NCBI RefSeq assembly: GCF_000039765.1
Contig: NC_004459.3
Span: 2,421,127-2,453,126 of the forward strand
Origin: Vibrio vulnificus CMCP6
GTDB taxonomy: Bacteria; Pseudomonadota; Gammaproteobacteria; Enterobacterales; Vibrionaceae
Direction of reading: 5' to 3'
DNA: 32,000 nt
The notes below the pieces were generated by a model that was not told where the DNA came from, did no database searches, and was given only the letters and a program-made list of their open reading frames with translations. The position numbers were made by a program, and so were the translations under genes. This document shows, piece by piece, positions 1 to 11,678 of this stretch. The stretch's first letter is position 1; each line of letters begins with the position of its first letter.

Positions 1-1964
1 CCGCGCTGACCAGCAAACTCGATAGCATGCTAGAACACGGTGAAGCTGGCATTATTGGCTATCAAGTGTGTAACGACGTGGCTAGCTTGGGGCGTATCTA
101 CAACATGCGTAAGAAAGCGGTTGGCTTGCTTGGTGCTGCGAAAGGACGAGCCAAACCGGTCGCGTTTGCGGAAGATACCTGCGTGCCACCAGAAAATTTG
201 GCCGATTTTATCGCTGAGTTTCGTCAATTGCTGGACAGTAAAAATCTCGAGTACGGTATGTTTGGTCATGTGGACGCCGGGGTTTTGCATGTTCGTCCTG
301 CACTTGATCTATGCGACCCGACACAAGAACTGCTCATGCATGAGGTGTCTGATGACGTTGTCAAACTGGTTGCGAAATATGGCGGTTTGATGTGGGGTGA
401 GCATGGTAAGGGTTTTCGCTCAGAATACGGCCCTGACTTTTTTGGTCAAGAGCTGTTTACCGAGCTAAGACGCATTAAAGCGGCGTTCGATCCTCACAAT
501 AAAATGAACCCAGGTAAGATCTGTACACCACTTGGTAGCGATGCAGAACTCGTCAAAGTCTCTGATACCAAAAGGGGTTTTTACGATCGCCAAATCGACG
601 TAAAAGTGCGCGACAGCTTCAAACAGGCGATGGAATGTAATGGCAATGGCTTGTGTTTTAACTACGATACAAGCTCGCCAATGTGTCCCTCGATGAAAGT
701 GACGGCAGACAGACGCCATTCACCAAAAGGTCGTGCAGGTTTGGTTCGTGAATGGTTGCGCCAGTTGACTGAGCAGGGCATTGATATTTTGGATTTGGAA
801 GCTCAAACCCTACAGGGTTCTCCGACCATTAAGAACATGCTTGATCGAGTCCGTAATCGAATTAATCAGCGTCATGAGTACGACTTCTCTCATGAAGTGT
901 ATGAGGCTATGAATGGTTGTTTGGCGTGTAAAGCGTGTGCCAGCCAATGCCCAATTAAAGTGGATGTGCCGAGCTTCCGTTCGCGCTTTCTCAACATCTA
1001 CCACAGCCGTTATCAACGCCCGGCGAAGGATTATCTGGTTGCGAACATCGAAACCTTGTTACCTATCATGTCTAAAGCGCCACGCTTGATTAATGGTGTG
1101 ATTCGCCAGTCGTGGATGCAAAGCTTAACGGAGAAAACGGTCGGTTACGTGGACACACCTTTATTGTCGGTCCCAACCTTGAAGCAGCGACTGGCAACAC
1201 TTAAAGAGTTTGATTTACAACAGTTAAATGCGCTTTCAAGTGATGAAAAACGCGATCACGTCTTGATTGTGCAAGATCCCTTTACCAGCTATTACGATGC
1301 ACAGGTTGTTGAAGATTTTGCTGCGTTAGTCACAAGCTTAGGTAAGACGCCAATATTGTTGCCGTTCAAACCCAATGGTAAAGCGCAACACATCAAAGGC
1401 TTTTTAAAGCGTTTTGCGGCAACTGCGAGTGATACTGCGAAGTTCCTAGAGCTGGTGGCAGATTTAGCGATTCCTATGGTTGGTGTCGATCCTGCATTGG
1501 TGCTTTGCTATCGTGATGAATACCAAGAGATCTTAGGGGACAAACGAGGCGATTTTCAAGTGCTCACTGCGCACGAGTGGTTACTGCCTCGTCTAGCGGA
1601 GTTTGATGTAACCAAAGGCAGCGCGGAGCCGCCTTGGTATTTGCTGGCGCATTGTACAGAAAAGACGAAATTACCGAACGCGGAAAAAGAGTGGGGCACT
1701 ATTTTTGCTCATTTTGGCGCTCAGCTTAATACCGTCCCAGTTGGTTGCTGTGGTATGGCTGGCACGTTTGGCCACGAAAGTGACAAGCTACAAATGTCGA
1801 AAGATATCTACGCCTTGAGCTGGCAGCCAAGTTTGGAGACATTACCAAAAGAGCGTTGCTTGATCACTGGCTACTCATGCCGCTCTCAAGTGAAGCGCTT
1901 TGAAGGCGTTCAACCTCTCCATCCGGTGCAAGCACTGCTTTCCATCTGTCGCCAGAATGGATGA
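1..1964 (+). CDS. FAD-linked oxidase C-terminal / Fe-S (CCG-domain) oxidoreductase, YdiJ / D-2-hydroxyglutarate dehydrogenase-like; 5' truncated by window
   Basis: Frame open from window start through M at 27. Protein has FAD-oxidase C-terminal region (FDPHNKMNPGKIC), ferredoxin-like cysteines (NGLCFNYDTSSPMCPS; GCLACKACASQCPIKV) and C-terminal CCG-like motifs (VGCCGMAGTFGHE). Confidence 0.88.
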   Translation, partial: ALTSKLDSMLEHGEAGIIGYQVCNDVASLGRIYNMRKKAVGLLGAAKGRAKPVAFAEDTCVPPENLADFIAEFRQLLDSKNLEYGMFGHVDAGVLHVRPALDLCDPTQELLMHEVSDDVVKLVAKYGGLMWGEHGKGFRSEYGPDFFGQELFTELRRIKAAFDPHNKMNPGKICTPLGSDAELVKVSDTKRGFYDRQIDVKVRDSFKQAMECNGNGLCFNYDTSSPMCPSMKVTADRRHSPKGRAGLVREWLRQLTEQGIDILDLEAQTLQGSPTIKNMLDRVRNRINQRHEYDFSHEVYEAMNGCLACKACASQCPIKVDVPSFRSRFLNIYHSRYQRPAKDYLVANIETLLPIMSKAPRLINGVIRQSWMQSLTEKTVGYVDTPLLSVPTLKQRLATLKEFDLQQLNALSSDEKRDHVLIVQDPFTSYYDAQVVEDFAALVTSLGKTPILLPFKPNGKAQHIKGFLKRFAATASDTAKFLELVADLAIPMVGVDPALVLCYRDEYQEILGDKRGDFQVLTAHEWLLPRLAEFDVTKGSAEPPWYLLAHCTEKTKLPNAEKEWGTIFAHFGAQLNTVPVGCCGMAGTFGHESDKLQMSKDIYALSWQPSLETLPKERCLITGYSCRSQVKRFEGVQPLHPVQALLSICRQNG

Positions 1965-1969
1965 CCGTG

Positions 1970-1995
1970 AGCCCAGCGTTATGCTGGGCTTTTTT
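1970..1995 (+). terminator. Rho-independent terminator
   Basis: AGCCCAGC-gttat-GCTGGGCT followed by T-run, just after the 1964 stop. Confidence 0.85.
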
Positions 1996-2036
1996 GTGAA
2001 AAGAACCAGCGACCGTAAAGGTCTCCGGAGTTGAGA

Positions 2037-2498
2037 ATGGACAAACTCGAGTTAAAAATCCCCCCTGTTGCCGTATTTCTTATCCTCATATTTTTTATGT
2101 ATTTGACGAGTGAGTTTTTCATCTCATGGTCATTTTCACTTAGTGGTCGATTATGGTTCGCTGGTGTGTTGTTTGGCTTGTCTGGTGTCATTGGTATTGC
2201 CGGCGTATTGGCGTTTCGTCAAGCGCAAACAACGGTGAATCCGGTCAAACCAGAAAGTGCTTCGACAGTGGTATCTAATGGCATTTTTGCGTATACCCGC
2301 AACCCCATGTACCTCGCTTTATTGCTACTGTTACTCGCTTATGCGATTTGGTTAGAGAATATGTTGGCCTTTGCTGGTTGCCCTTTATTTGTTGCCTATA
2401 TGAACCGCTTTCAAATTTATCCCGAAGAAAGAGCGTTAGAAGGATTGTTCGGTGAGCGTTATTTAGTTTACAAACAAAAAGTTAGACGCTGGATGTAA
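2037..2498 (+). CDS. Isoprenylcysteine carboxyl methyltransferase / phospholipid methyltransferase-like integral membrane protein
   Basis: Hydrophobic segments plus YTRNPMYLALLLL and PEERALEGLFGERYLVYKQKVRRW motifs. ATG at 2037 preferred over TTG at 2031. Confidence 0.8.
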   Translation: MDKLELKIPPVAVFLILIFFMYLTSEFFISWSFSLSGRLWFAGVLFGLSGVIGIAGVLAFRQAQTTVNPVKPESASTVVSNGIFAYTRNPMYLALLLLLLAYAIWLENMLAFAGCPLFVAYMNRFQIYPEERALEGLFGERYLVYKQKVRRWM

Positions 2499-2672
2499 TA
2501 TAAAAGAAAGCTGTTTCTAATGTAGTGATTGTGAATATTGAGAAGCGTGATATTGATCTGTGAAATGAATTCCATCTTGATGGTGTTTGCTCTTTATGAA
2601 TGGTGCGTTTGATATATGATTTATTGATTTTTAAGAACAATAATCATTAACGTCATGTTGTAAGGAAATATC

Positions 2673-4301
2673 ATGTATCGTCGGAAAATACTTTCTATCG
2701 CTATCATATCTACATTGGCTTTCGCGAATAGCCAGGCTTTAGCTCTCGATTCATTGAATAGCTCGGAAAGTTCTGTGGAACGCTCTAATCGAATTATTGG
2801 TGGGGCTACGGCACCTGCCGAAAAGTGGCCATTTATGGCGGCGGTTGTGAGTAAGGGTTACAACGGAGGTAAAGGCCAATTTTGTGGCGCCAGTTTCATT
2901 GGCTCTAGATATGTCCTGACGGCTGCGCACTGTTTGGATGCAACCTTGGGTGAAGACATTGAAGTGATCATCGGCCAGCAGAATCTGTCTGCAGCGACGA
3001 GTGAACAACGTCTTTCAGTGCGTAAAGTATATATTCATGAAGAGTATGCTGACGCTGCTCTGGGAAATGACATCGCCATCTTAGAGTTGAGTGAAGAGTT
3101 TGAAGGCGCTCCCGTTGCCTTAGTAGAAGCCAGTTTTAGGAATTCATTGGCTGCTGGGACTAACTTGACAGTGATGGGATGGGGAGATCAAGACCCAACA
3201 GATAACTTTCGTGGTGCAACTCAGTTACAGCAAGTTGACGTCAATCTGATTGCTCAGCAAACATGCCGCAATGTCGGAGGAGATTACGCTAAGATTTCCG
3301 ATACGGCATTTTGTGCGGGACTGGTTCAAGGCGGCAAAGACTCATGTCAAGGTGACAGTGGTGGCCCGATTGTTGTCAGTGATAATGGCCAATACAAACA
3401 GTTGGGTATTGTCAGTTGGGGTGATGGTTGCGCGGAGAAAGGCAAGTACGGTGTGTATGCCAATGTCAGTTATTACGCTGATTGGATTGCCAATAAAACA
3501 AAAGGCCTGAGTTACGATCAGCATGTTTATGAGGGCATCGTCTCACCAGGTATTCAGAGTGCGACGTTAACTTACCGAAATAATACCGAGAGTGAGTTAT
3601 TGCTATCCAACTTCTCCACGACGTCAAGTGCTCAAATTGTTCATAATACTTGCGAACAGCCTCTTGCAATCGGAACAGAGTGCCAAATTACTACAAGCTA
3701 CAGTCTTCTTGGCTCTGGTGATTTTTCTTATGATGTGACAATGGATAGCAACCAAGGTATAGGCCAAGTGAAATCGACGGTGCATTATCAATCTTACCCA
3801 TTGGCCGACCCGTTCATATCAGATTGGATCATGGGACAAATTCCTAAGCAACAACTGTCCGTATTTAGTCAGGGTATCGAGTGGGATTTTTCTGCGATAG
3901 GGATTATGTCCGGTAATTTAGAAAAGGATCAACATTCAGGTATTGCGATTTCAGGGATAGAAAAAGGACAACTGGCCTTGGACATGTCTGTCTCTTCGGA
4001 AGAAAAATTTGATGAATTAAAGATTTTCGTCAATGGCAGACTAGAGTTGTCGGTAAGTGGAGAGCAAAAAGGGACGGTCTCATTCGTGTTACCCCGCGAG
4101 AAAAACGTAATTGAATTGGTATATGTGAAAGATGAGTTAGGAAGTGAAGGGGCAGATCGCGGTTTCTTAAATGCCATTCGCTACAGTTCATCACTCATCT
4201 TACCATCGGCAGAAAGTTCAAGTTCGGGTTCAAGCAGTGGTGGTAGCTTAGGTTGGTTATCGTTATTTGCTTTGTTGGGTTTCTTAAGACGAAAATACTA
4301 A
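2673..4301 (+). CDS. Secreted trypsin-like (S1) serine protease with GlyGly-CTERM-like sorting tail (Ves-like)
   Basis: Signal peptide, IIGG activation site, catalytic AAHC, DIAIL and GDSGGP motifs; C-terminal SSSGSSSGGSLGWLSLFALLGFLRRKY (Ser/Gly linker, TM helix, basic end). Confidence 0.9.
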   Translation: MYRRKILSIAIISTLAFANSQALALDSLNSSESSVERSNRIIGGATAPAEKWPFMAAVVSKGYNGGKGQFCGASFIGSRYVLTAAHCLDATLGEDIEVIIGQQNLSAATSEQRLSVRKVYIHEEYADAALGNDIAILELSEEFEGAPVALVEASFRNSLAAGTNLTVMGWGDQDPTDNFRGATQLQQVDVNLIAQQTCRNVGGDYAKISDTAFCAGLVQGGKDSCQGDSGGPIVVSDNGQYKQLGIVSWGDGCAEKGKYGVYANVSYYADWIANKTKGLSYDQHVYEGIVSPGIQSATLTYRNNTESELLLSNFSTTSSAQIVHNTCEQPLAIGTECQITTSYSLLGSGDFSYDVTMDSNQGIGQVKSTVHYQSYPLADPFISDWIMGQIPKQQLSVFSQGIEWDFSAIGIMSGNLEKDQHSGIAISGIEKGQLALDMSVSSEEKFDELKIFVNGRLELSVSGEQKGTVSFVLPREKNVIELVYVKDELGSEGADRGFLNAIRYSSSLILPSAESSSSGSSSGGSLGWLSLFALLGFLRRKY

Positions 4302-4344
4302 CAGAATAGTAATGTGTACGTTTTGACCATCTCGTATTAAAGAG

Positions 4345-4374
4345 AAAGGGAGCTTTAAATAAGCTCCCTTTTGT
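4345..4374 (+). terminator. Probable Rho-independent terminator after the protease gene
   Basis: AAAGGGAGCTT-taaat-AAGCTCCCTTT followed by a short T-rich tract. Confidence 0.75.
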
Positions 4375-4407
4375 TCTTAGTATTGTTTGTTTACTTGGCT
4401 AAGTCAC

Positions 4408-5133
4408 TTATGCTGCTTGCGCAAACTGCTGCAAGAAGGCTTCTTTACGTTCGTTAAAGCGGTTAACCAAGTCATCAACAGCATCTTGGTCATAAGGCTT
4501 TAGGCCGCTGGCTACCATGCGTTTAATCCCTCGTCCAACTACTTCGCCATCTTCTTTAAACGCGAAGTTAAGGGTGACAACACCACGTTTACCATCGACA
4601 TCAAAGGTGGCGCCGGTAAATGCCACCTCTGGGTGAGAAAGATCCAGACGTTCAAATTCGACTTCCATGCTTTCGTAAATCACCAGAGGACGCTGGCAAT
4701 TGATCATCATCTGCTGCTCTTCCATTAGAGGCACCATGATGTGTGGGAAGTTCATGCCTGAGAATTGAACATAGTTGGTCACCACGTGCTCAATGAAAGC
4801 CGCATCGCGATTCACGTCGCCTTCGCGGCTCATGTGCAGATACTCTTTACCTGCAGCATCAAGTACGGCACTCTCTTTTGCACACTTATTTTCAATGTGA
4901 AGAGCCACACCATCGTTGACCATGCCAGAAAAGTCGAAACGCATTTTTTGGCTGACGCCTTCTTTGCTGAGCAGTACGGCAAACAAAAGATCGCCAGGTA
5001 CGCAGAAGCGCTTGCTGTCTTCATCATGGATTGGGTTATAGTCTCCCGCGACTTTTTTTGCAAAGTGGCTTGCTTGCTCGCGAGTGAACTGAAATTGATG
5101 GTTATTGCTTGAAAAATAAGGTGTTAGAAACAT
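4408..5133 (-). CDS. DUF3581-like protein (hotdog/MaoC-like region suspected)
   Basis: 241-aa ORF; family assigned from memory of sequence pattern (AGDYNPIHDEDSKRFCVPGDLLFAVLL resembles MaoC-like hydratase segments). Confidence 0.55.
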   Translation of the reverse strand: MFLTPYFSSNNHQFQFTREQASHFAKKVAGDYNPIHDEDSKRFCVPGDLLFAVLLSKEGVSQKMRFDFSGMVNDGVALHIENKCAKESAVLDAAGKEYLHMSREGDVNRDAAFIEHVVTNYVQFSGMNFPHIMVPLMEEQQMMINCQRPLVIYESMEVEFERLDLSHPEVAFTGATFDVDGKRGVVTLNFAFKEDGEVVGRGIKRMVASGLKPYDQDAVDDLVNRFNERKEAFLQQFAQAA

Positions 5134-5270
5134 ATGTCGTATGATATAGCCAAAACTGTGGCTGATTATACGCTATGAGAATAGATTCAATGGTCCATCC
5201 AGTGTGAAAGTTCAATATTTGCTCACAGATTTGGGTGCAAAGTGAACGGTTTACATCTGGAAACAAGAAG

Positions 5271-5295
5271 CAAGAGGGCAAGTTATGCCCTCTTG
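5271..5295 (-). terminator. Stem-loop, likely terminator of the hut operon
   Basis: Perfect 10-bp arms CAAGAGGGCA-agtta-TGCCCTCTTG just 3' of hutH. U-tract on the minus strand is imperfect. Confidence 0.6.
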
Positions 5296-5319
5296 TGGTT
5301 ATGGTTTGCTTATCCGTGA

Positions 5320-6861
5320 TTAGAGAACACTCGGTAACAGCGCTTCTGGCATCAGCACGTTGTGCATGGCCAGCTTTAGCAGTGAGTTGGCCTTTTCAAT
5401 ATCCGGTGCAAAGTAACGGTCTTTATCATAGAAACTGACTTTCTCTCGTAGCATCTGCTTTGCTTGTTCTATGCGAGGTGAGGATTTATGTGGTGCACGG
5501 AAATCCAGTCCTTGCGCCGCTGAGAGATACTCTACCGCTAAGATGCCACGTGTGTTTTCACCCATTTCACGTAAACGACGGGCGGCAAAGGTGGCCATGG
5601 ACACATGATCTTCTTGGTTCGCTGACGTTGGTAAGCTATCCACGGATGCCGGGTGTGCAAGAGTTTTGTTTTCACTTGCCAACGCCGCTGAGGTCACTTG
5701 CGCAATCATAAAACCAGAGTTGACTCCGCCGTTATCGACCAAAAATGGTGGCAGCTTAGAGAGTGCGCTATCAATCAGCAATGCCATGCGGCGCTCTGAG
5801 AGGCTACCGATTTCTGCAATCGCGAGAGCAAGGTTGTCTGCTGCCATAGCAACAGGCTCCGCGTGGAAGTTACCACCAGAAATGATGTCGTCATCTTCAG
5901 CAAATACGAGGGGATTGTCGGAAACCGAGTTCGACTCAACCAACAAGATCTCAGCTGAGTTACGGATCTGCTGCAGACATGCGCCCATCACTTGCGGCTG
6001 GCAACGCAACGAATAAGGGTCTTGCACCTTTTCACAGTTGCTGTGTGACTGGCCAATTTCACTACTGGTGTCCAGTAGATGACGATAGGCCATCGCCGAA
6101 TCCATTTGGCTACGGTGTCCGCGCACGCGGTGAATACGCGGGTCAAAAGGACGGCGACTCCCTAACGCAGCTTCGACTGACATTGCGCCGCAGACGGTGG
6201 CGGATGCGAAGAGGTCTTCAGCGATAAACAGACCTTCCAACGCGAAAGCCGTCGAGGCCTGTGTGCCATTCAGTAGTGCCAGACCTTCTTTTGGTGCAAG
6301 CGTGATCGGTTCAAGGCCAGCAATTTTGAGTGCTTCTAGGCCTGAGATAATTTTGCCGTTGTGACGCGCTTGCCCTTCACCCAGTAACACTGTGCTCATA
6401 TGAGCCAGTGGGGCCAAGTCGCCCGATGCCCCAACCGAGCCTTTTTGTGGTACACAAGGATAAACTTGCGCGTTGACCAAATCGATCAGCATTTGAATGA
6501 CGTTGAGACGAATACCGGAATAACCACGGGATAGGCTATTGATTTTGAGCACCATCATCAGACGTACCGTTTCATCTGCCATGAACTCGCCGATACCCGC
6601 TGCGTGAGAAAGGACGATACTGCGTTGCAGTGTTTCAAGATCTTCTGGGGCGATGCGTGTATTGGCCAATAAGCCAAACCCAGTATTAATGCCGTAAACG
6701 GTGCGATCCTCGGCGATGACTCGTTCAACCACTTGAGTGCTCTCTTCAATGGCTGGAATCGCGGACGCATCAAGAGAAAGATTGATCGGGGAACGACTGA
6801 CTTGACGCAGTTGATTTAAGCTAAGACAACCGGGCTTTAGCGTGAGATTTAACATATCCAT
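5320..6861 (-). CDS. hutH: Histidine ammonia-lyase
   Basis: 513 aa with MIO-forming [15 protein letters not shown] and YGINTGFG motifs; adjacent hut genes. Confidence 0.97.
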   Translation of the reverse strand: MDMLNLTLKPGCLSLNQLRQVSRSPINLSLDASAIPAIEESTQVVERVIAEDRTVYGINTGFGLLANTRIAPEDLETLQRSIVLSHAAGIGEFMADETVRLMMVLKINSLSRGYSGIRLNVIQMLIDLVNAQVYPCVPQKGSVGASGDLAPLAHMSTVLLGEGQARHNGKIISGLEALKIAGLEPITLAPKEGLALLNGTQASTAFALEGLFIAEDLFASATVCGAMSVEAALGSRRPFDPRIHRVRGHRSQMDSAMAYRHLLDTSSEIGQSHSNCEKVQDPYSLRCQPQVMGACLQQIRNSAEILLVESNSVSDNPLVFAEDDDIISGGNFHAEPVAMAADNLALAIAEIGSLSERRMALLIDSALSKLPPFLVDNGGVNSGFMIAQVTSAALASENKTLAHPASVDSLPTSANQEDHVSMATFAARRLREMGENTRGILAVEYLSAAQGLDFRAPHKSSPRIEQAKQMLREKVSFYDKDRYFAPDIEKANSLLKLAMHNVLMPEALLPSVL

Positions 6862-6866
6862 ATTCC

Positions 6867-8564
6867 TTACTTCAACTTGCTCAATTCTTCGTTCAGCATC
6901 GGCAGGTCAAGACCTTGCTGCGCTGCGCACTGTTTGGCGATGTCGTAACCCGCATCGGCGTGGCGCATCACTCCCGTTGCAGGATCGTTATGCAGCACTC
7001 GGGCAATACGCGCTGACGCATCTTCTGTTCCGTCACAGCAAATTACCATTCCAGAGTGTTGCGAGAAGCCCATGCCTACACCACCACCATGATGGAGTGA
7101 TACCCAAGTCGCACCACCGGCGGTATTGAGGAGGGCATTGAGCAGTGGCCAGTCAGAAACCGCGTCTGAACCGTCCATCATGCCTTCCGTTTCACGGTTT
7201 GGGCTGGCGACGGAACCCGAATCTAGATGATCACGACCAATCACGATCGGCGCTTTTAGTTCGCCATTTTTCACCATTTCATTAAATGCCTGGCCTAGGC
7301 GTTCGCGATCTTTCAGACCCACCCAGCAAATACGTGCGGGTAAACCTTGGAATTGAATTCGCTCGCGTGCCATGTCTAACCAATTGTGCAGATGAGGATT
7401 GTCAGGAATCAGCTCTTTCACTTTTTGGTCTGTTTTGTAAATGTCCTCAGGATCGCCCGACAGCGCCGCCCAGCGGAAAGGGCCAATGCCTTCGCAGAAC
7501 AAAGGTCGAATATATGCTGGCACAAAGCCCGGGAAATCAAATGCATTCTCGACCCCTTCTTCTAGCGCCATTTGACGAATGTTGTTGCCGTAATCGAGCG
7601 TGGCGGCTCCACGACTTTGCAGTTCAAGCATGGCTTTGACTTGAACCGCCATGGACTGTTTTGCGGCTTTGACGACAGTGCTCTCGTCTTGCTGACGCAT
7701 TTCCGCTGCGTAGGCCATACTCCAGCCTTGCGGTAAGTAGCCATTCAACGGGTCATGTGCCGAGGTTTGATCGGTGACGACATCGGGCGTGATGTTGCGC
7801 TCCACCAATTCTGCGAACACATCGGCGGCGTTACCCAGTAAGCCAACAGAGACAGGCGTGTCGGATTCTTTGACGATGGCCAACGCTTCCTCTAGGGTGG
7901 TCGCTTTCTTATCGACATAACCCGTACGTAGGCGATAATCGATACGCGATTCATCACATTCAACGGCAATCATCGAGAAGCCAGCCATGGTTGCAGCAAG
8001 TGGCTGTGCGCCGCCCATGCCACCAAGACCACCAGTGAGTACCCAACGACCTTTTGCTTCACCGGCGAAGTGTTTTTTTGCAACAGCGACGAAGGTTTCG
8101 TAGGTACCCTGTACGATGCCTTGAGAGCCGATGTAGATCCAGCTGCCCGCGGTCATTTGGCCATACATCATCAAGCCTTGTTTATCGAGCTCATTGAAGT
8201 GTTCCCAGTTTGCCCAGTGTGGAACCAGGTTAGAGTTGGCGATCAGCACGCGTGGTGCATTTTTATGCGTAGGGAAGACACCCACAGGTTTACCTGATTG
8301 AACCAACAAAGTTTGGTCGTCTTCCAGACGCTCAAGCACTTCAACAATCTTGTCGAAGCATGCCCAATTGCGTGCAGCACGCCCAATGCCGCCATACACC
8401 ACTAAGGCGTGCGGATGCTCAGCCACATCAGGATCCAAATTATTCATCAGCATGCGCAATGGCGCTTCGGTCAACCATGACTTGGCTCTTAGCGTGGTGC
8501 CATGAGGGGCGCGAATGGTTCGGCTGGTGTCTAGGCGAGGATCTTGTCCTTGGCTCTGTGTCAT
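6867..8564 (-). CDS. hutU: Urocanate hydratase (urocanase)
   Basis: 565 aa; characteristic [54 protein letters not shown]. Confidence 0.97.
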   Translation of the reverse strand: MTQSQGQDPRLDTSRTIRAPHGTTLRAKSWLTEAPLRMLMNNLDPDVAEHPHALVVYGGIGRAARNWACFDKIVEVLERLEDDQTLLVQSGKPVGVFPTHKNAPRVLIANSNLVPHWANWEHFNELDKQGLMMYGQMTAGSWIYIGSQGIVQGTYETFVAVAKKHFAGEAKGRWVLTGGLGGMGGAQPLAATMAGFSMIAVECDESRIDYRLRTGYVDKKATTLEEALAIVKESDTPVSVGLLGNAADVFAELVERNITPDVVTDQTSAHDPLNGYLPQGWSMAYAAEMRQQDESTVVKAAKQSMAVQVKAMLELQSRGAATLDYGNNIRQMALEEGVENAFDFPGFVPAYIRPLFCEGIGPFRWAALSGDPEDIYKTDQKVKELIPDNPHLHNWLDMARERIQFQGLPARICWVGLKDRERLGQAFNEMVKNGELKAPIVIGRDHLDSGSVASPNRETEGMMDGSDAVSDWPLLNALLNTAGGATWVSLHHGGGVGMGFSQHSGMVICCDGTEDASARIARVLHNDPATGVMRHADAGYDIAKQCAAQQGLDLPMLNEELSKLK

Positions 8565-8626
8565 TGTAAGACTCCTTTAATTTCACGTAGCGGTGAACTC
8601 ATCGGTTCACCTGATTGTTGTTCTGT

Positions 8627-9637
8627 TTATTGATGTTCGAGTTTGTCGTTCATGGCGTTGGCAATGTCCCAGCACAATCTGGCCGCTAGCCGCGCTGTTT
8701 GGCTGTCGACGTCATAAGTCGGGTTGTATTCGGCAATGTCGGCCAACATTAATTTGTCTCGGTGCGCGAGGATACGATCAAGAAAGGGCGCTAAGTTGTC
8801 GTAACTGACCCCTCTTGCCGCAGGGGCGCTTACGCCTGGCGCGGTGGCCGCAGGGAAAACGTCCAAGTCAATGGTCAAATAGAGGTAGTCGCAGTCGTCG
8901 ATAAAATGCTGCAACTGGGTAAGATGGTAGTCGTGGTTGACCGAGCCAAGATCTTTGTCTTCAACAAACCACACGTTGAGTTGCTCGGCGCGCTCAAACA
9001 AGGCGCGTGTGTTGCTTGCCTTACTCACACCTAGGCAAGCGTAATGAAAATCCCAACCTTGTTGCTGGCAATAGTGCTGTATTTGATTGAAAGGCGTGCC
9101 CGAGCTTGGCTTGATATCGGCTTGTGAACTTGAAAAAGCGCGTAAGTCGAAATGCGCGTCGAAATTGATGATGCCAATTTTGGGTGCTTTTTCTGGATGA
9201 TGCTGTTCAAAATAACGCGCCAAACCAGAAAAGGACGCCCATGCCACTTCGTGGCCACCCCCTAGGGTAATGACAGGAACACTCGGAAGAACTTCGGCAA
9301 TCATTTTGGCGCAGTGCTGCTGGCTTGATTCCAGCAGGTCGTCATCGCACACAACGGTGCCCAAGTCGTAGAGCGGATGTGGTGAATGCCACGCTAAGTT
9401 AGCTAAAGCTCGGCGGATCAAGTCCGGTGATTTCTTTGCGCCAATGCGGCCTTTATTGCGCGCCACGCCCGCATCACAGGCGAAGCCAAGCAGTGCGACA
9501 CCATAAGGATTTTCACCGATATGGGTATAATCAATCTGCTGCACCACATGATGAACACGCGAACCCGCGGCACCGTCTTCCGCATCGTGGCGACCTTGCC
9601 AATGAAATTCATTATGAAGAAAAAAATGTTTACTCAT
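8627..9637 (-). CDS. hutG: Formimidoylglutamase (arginase/agmatinase family)
   Basis: Arginase-fold metal motifs [27 protein letters not shown]. Start taken at [11 protein letters not shown] (9637); the longer ORF to 9829 is antisense to the hutI 3' end. Confidence 0.93.
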   Translation of the reverse strand: MSKHFFLHNEFHWQGRHDAEDGAAGSRVHHVVQQIDYTHIGENPYGVALLGFACDAGVARNKGRIGAKKSPDLIRRALANLAWHSPHPLYDLGTVVCDDDLLESSQQHCAKMIAEVLPSVPVITLGGGHEVAWASFSGLARYFEQHHPEKAPKIGIINFDAHFDLRAFSSSQADIKPSSGTPFNQIQHYCQQQGWDFHYACLGVSKASNTRALFERAEQLNVWFVEDKDLGSVNHDYHLTQLQHFIDDCDYLYLTIDLDVFPAATAPGVSAPAARGVSYDNLAPFLDRILAHRDKLMLADIAEYNPTYDVDSQTARLAARLCWDIANAMNDKLEHQ

Positions 9638-10850
9638 CACAACACTCCTTGTGTTGCTCGAATTGACCATCAACGACTCTTGCAAAGAGACGCTGAGTTC
9701 CGACTTGATAACTGAGATCGGCGGGATGCTCGATCTGCCAGATGGCGAGATCCGCTTCATAACCTGTTTTGATTTGCCCTCGACTCTCCGCATAGCCCAA
9801 TGCTTGCGCCGCATTTTGAGTGACGCCACGTAAAGCTTCTTCTGGCGTTAAACGAAAGAGGGTACAAGCCATGTTCATCATTAAAGTTAAATCACAAAAT
9901 GGTGAGGTGCCGGGGTTAACATCGCTGGCAATGGCCATGGGCACACCAAACTGACGCAATAGTTCAATCGGCGGCAATTGAGTTTCACGCAGAAAATAGA
10001 ACGCCCCAGGCAATAGAGTCGCGACGGTCGATGAACGGGCAAGTGCTTCGACGCCTGCTGGATCAAGAAATTCAATATGGTCAGCAGAAAGCCCCTGATA
10101 ACGAGCAGTTAAAGCGGTTCCGCCCAAATTTGACAGTTGCTCTGTGTGCCCTTTGATACGCAGCCCGTGCTCGACAGCACACGCATAGACTCTTTCTGTT
10201 TGTGCCAAATCAAACCCAATTGACTCACAAAATACATCGACGCTGGTGGCTAACTGTTCTTCGGCCACCAGTGGGATGATCTCTTGGCAAATAAACTCGA
10301 TGTAGTCGTTCGCACGGCCAGTAAATTCAGGGGGGAGGGCATGGGCGGCCAACAGTGTTGGTGTGACCTTCACCAATCGATGCTGTGATAAGGACTTTGC
10401 CACTCGCAGCATTTTGATTTCATCAACCAGTGTCAATCCATAACCCGATTTGACTTCAACCGAAGTGACGCCACTGGCAAGCAAGCCATCAAGACGTGGT
10501 AGCGTTTGTTCGAGTAACTGCGCTTCACTGGCTTGGCGTGTCGCGTAAACGGTAGAAAGAATGCCCCCGCCTTGGCGAGCGATTTCTTGATAGGGAACGC
10601 CCTGCAATCGCATTTCAAATTCGTTGGACCGATTACCCGCGTAAACAAGATGTGTGTGGCAGTCGATAAGGCCGGGAGTAACCAGCTTACCTTTTAGATC
10701 AATTTGCTTAGTAGCAGCCAGTGCCGTGTCAATGCCTAGATAATGGATCTTCCCCGCCTTAATGCCAATCGACATCGGCGTGCTGGGTTGATAACCCATT
10801 TCCCCTGATTGCAAAGTGACAAGGCGTGCGTTGGTAAGCAACAGATCCAT
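9630..10850 (-). CDS. hutI: Imidazolonepropionase
   Basis: 406 aa amidohydrolase: [48 protein letters not shown]. Stop overlaps the hutG start. Confidence 0.96.
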   Translation of the reverse strand: MDLLLTNARLVTLQSGEMGYQPSTPMSIGIKAGKIHYLGIDTALAATKQIDLKGKLVTPGLIDCHTHLVYAGNRSNEFEMRLQGVPYQEIARQGGGILSTVYATRQASEAQLLEQTLPRLDGLLASGVTSVEVKSGYGLTLVDEIKMLRVAKSLSQHRLVKVTPTLLAAHALPPEFTGRANDYIEFICQEIIPLVAEEQLATSVDVFCESIGFDLAQTERVYACAVEHGLRIKGHTEQLSNLGGTALTARYQGLSADHIEFLDPAGVEALARSSTVATLLPGAFYFLRETQLPPIELLRQFGVPMAIASDVNPGTSPFCDLTLMMNMACTLFRLTPEEALRGVTQNAAQALGYAESRGQIKTGYEADLAIWQIEHPADLSYQVGTQRLFARVVDGQFEQHKECCDE

Positions 10851-10882
10851 GATTAAGGTTCCAATGATTTGTATTGACTAAA

Positions 10883-10892
10883 TGTATATACA
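10883..10892. promoter_or_regulatory. Candidate HutC operator upstream of hutI
   Basis: Perfect palindrome TGTATATACA inside ttgactaaaTGTATATACAaataaa, 33 bp upstream of the hutI start. Related TTGACTATACAAATAG lies upstream of hutC (~11693-11708). Confidence 0.55.
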
Positions 10893-10970
10893 AATAAATA
10901 GGAGAAAATAACCGTTGTGACAAGGTGAATGTTGCTGAAATGTGATCAAATCGAAGTGTGATACTCTAAA

Positions 10971-11678
10971 TTACAACAAAATCTTAGAGCTCAGCTTGTA
11001 GCGATTACCCGGATGATACAGCAGTGCGGTGCTGACGAGTTTGTCTTCACTCCAAGTACGACGGTTGAGCAGCAGACAAGGTTCATTGACTTTCATGTTG
11101 AGCTCTTGGCGAATACGGGTATCGGGCATGATGGCTTCAACCGTATGTTCCATCGCACTCAAAGGGCAGTTCTCAGAAAGATACTGATTGGGGGTCATTT
11201 GGGTGAAATCTTGTTGCAAATAGCGGGGTGCATAGAGGCTGTTAACCCAGCGCAACTCGAGCTGGATAGGCTCCTTATCCTCGTAGTGAATAATTTCACT
11301 GTAGAACACTTTGGTTCCTAGCATTACACCGAGTTTGGTTGCAATCGTATCATCCGCTTTGAGGACCAACTGTTGAATGACTTTGCTGTGATGCGTCTTG
11401 CCACGATTGACCACTTCTTCGGCAATGTTACGGACATCGAGCAGTGGAGATTCTGCCTTTTCTGGTTTATCACAGACAAACGTGCCTAAACGTGGTCGCC
11501 TTTGCAATTTCCCCTCATTGACCAAATCGCGAATGGCTTTATTGACGGTCATGCGGCTGACGCCAAATTGCTCGGTCAGCTCTAGCTCAGTTGCGATCTT
11601 AAAGCCGATGTGCCACTCGCCACTGTCGATTTTTGTTTCAATGAACTGTTTGATCTGAATATACAGCGGTGATGGCAT
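10971..11678 (-). CDS. hutC: Histidine utilization repressor, GntR/HutC family
   Basis: N-terminal GntR wHTH (ELTEQFGVSRMTVNKAIRDLVNEGKLQRRPRLGTFV) and UTRA-like C-terminus; adjacent to hutIGUH. Confidence 0.95.
   Translation of the reverse strand: MPSPLYIQIKQFIETKIDSGEWHIGFKIATELELTEQFGVSRMTVNKAIRDLVNEGKLQRRPRLGTFVCDKPEKAESPLLDVRNIAEEVVNRGKTHHSKVIQQLVLKADDTIATKLGVMLGTKVFYSEIIHYEDKEPIQLELRWVNSLYAPRYLQQDFTQMTPNQYLSENCPLSAMEHTVEAIMPDTRIRQELNMKVNEPCLLLNRRTWSEDKLVSTALLYHPGNRYKLSSKILL

Noticed and set aside
465-1016. Minus-strand ORFs inside the YdiJ-like gene, and similar antisense ORFs in hut, thrS, KAP and infC genes
   Set aside because: Antisense to strongly supported coding regions, with no recognisable domains.
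5235-5438. 67-aa plus-strand ORF downstream of hutH
   Set aside because: Overlaps the hutH 3' end and the terminator hairpin; no recognisable features.
9638-9829. N-terminal extension of hutG (400-aa ORF)
   Set aside because: Lies antisense-free but fully within the hutI 3' coding region in another frame; the conserved HutG N-terminus begins at 9637.
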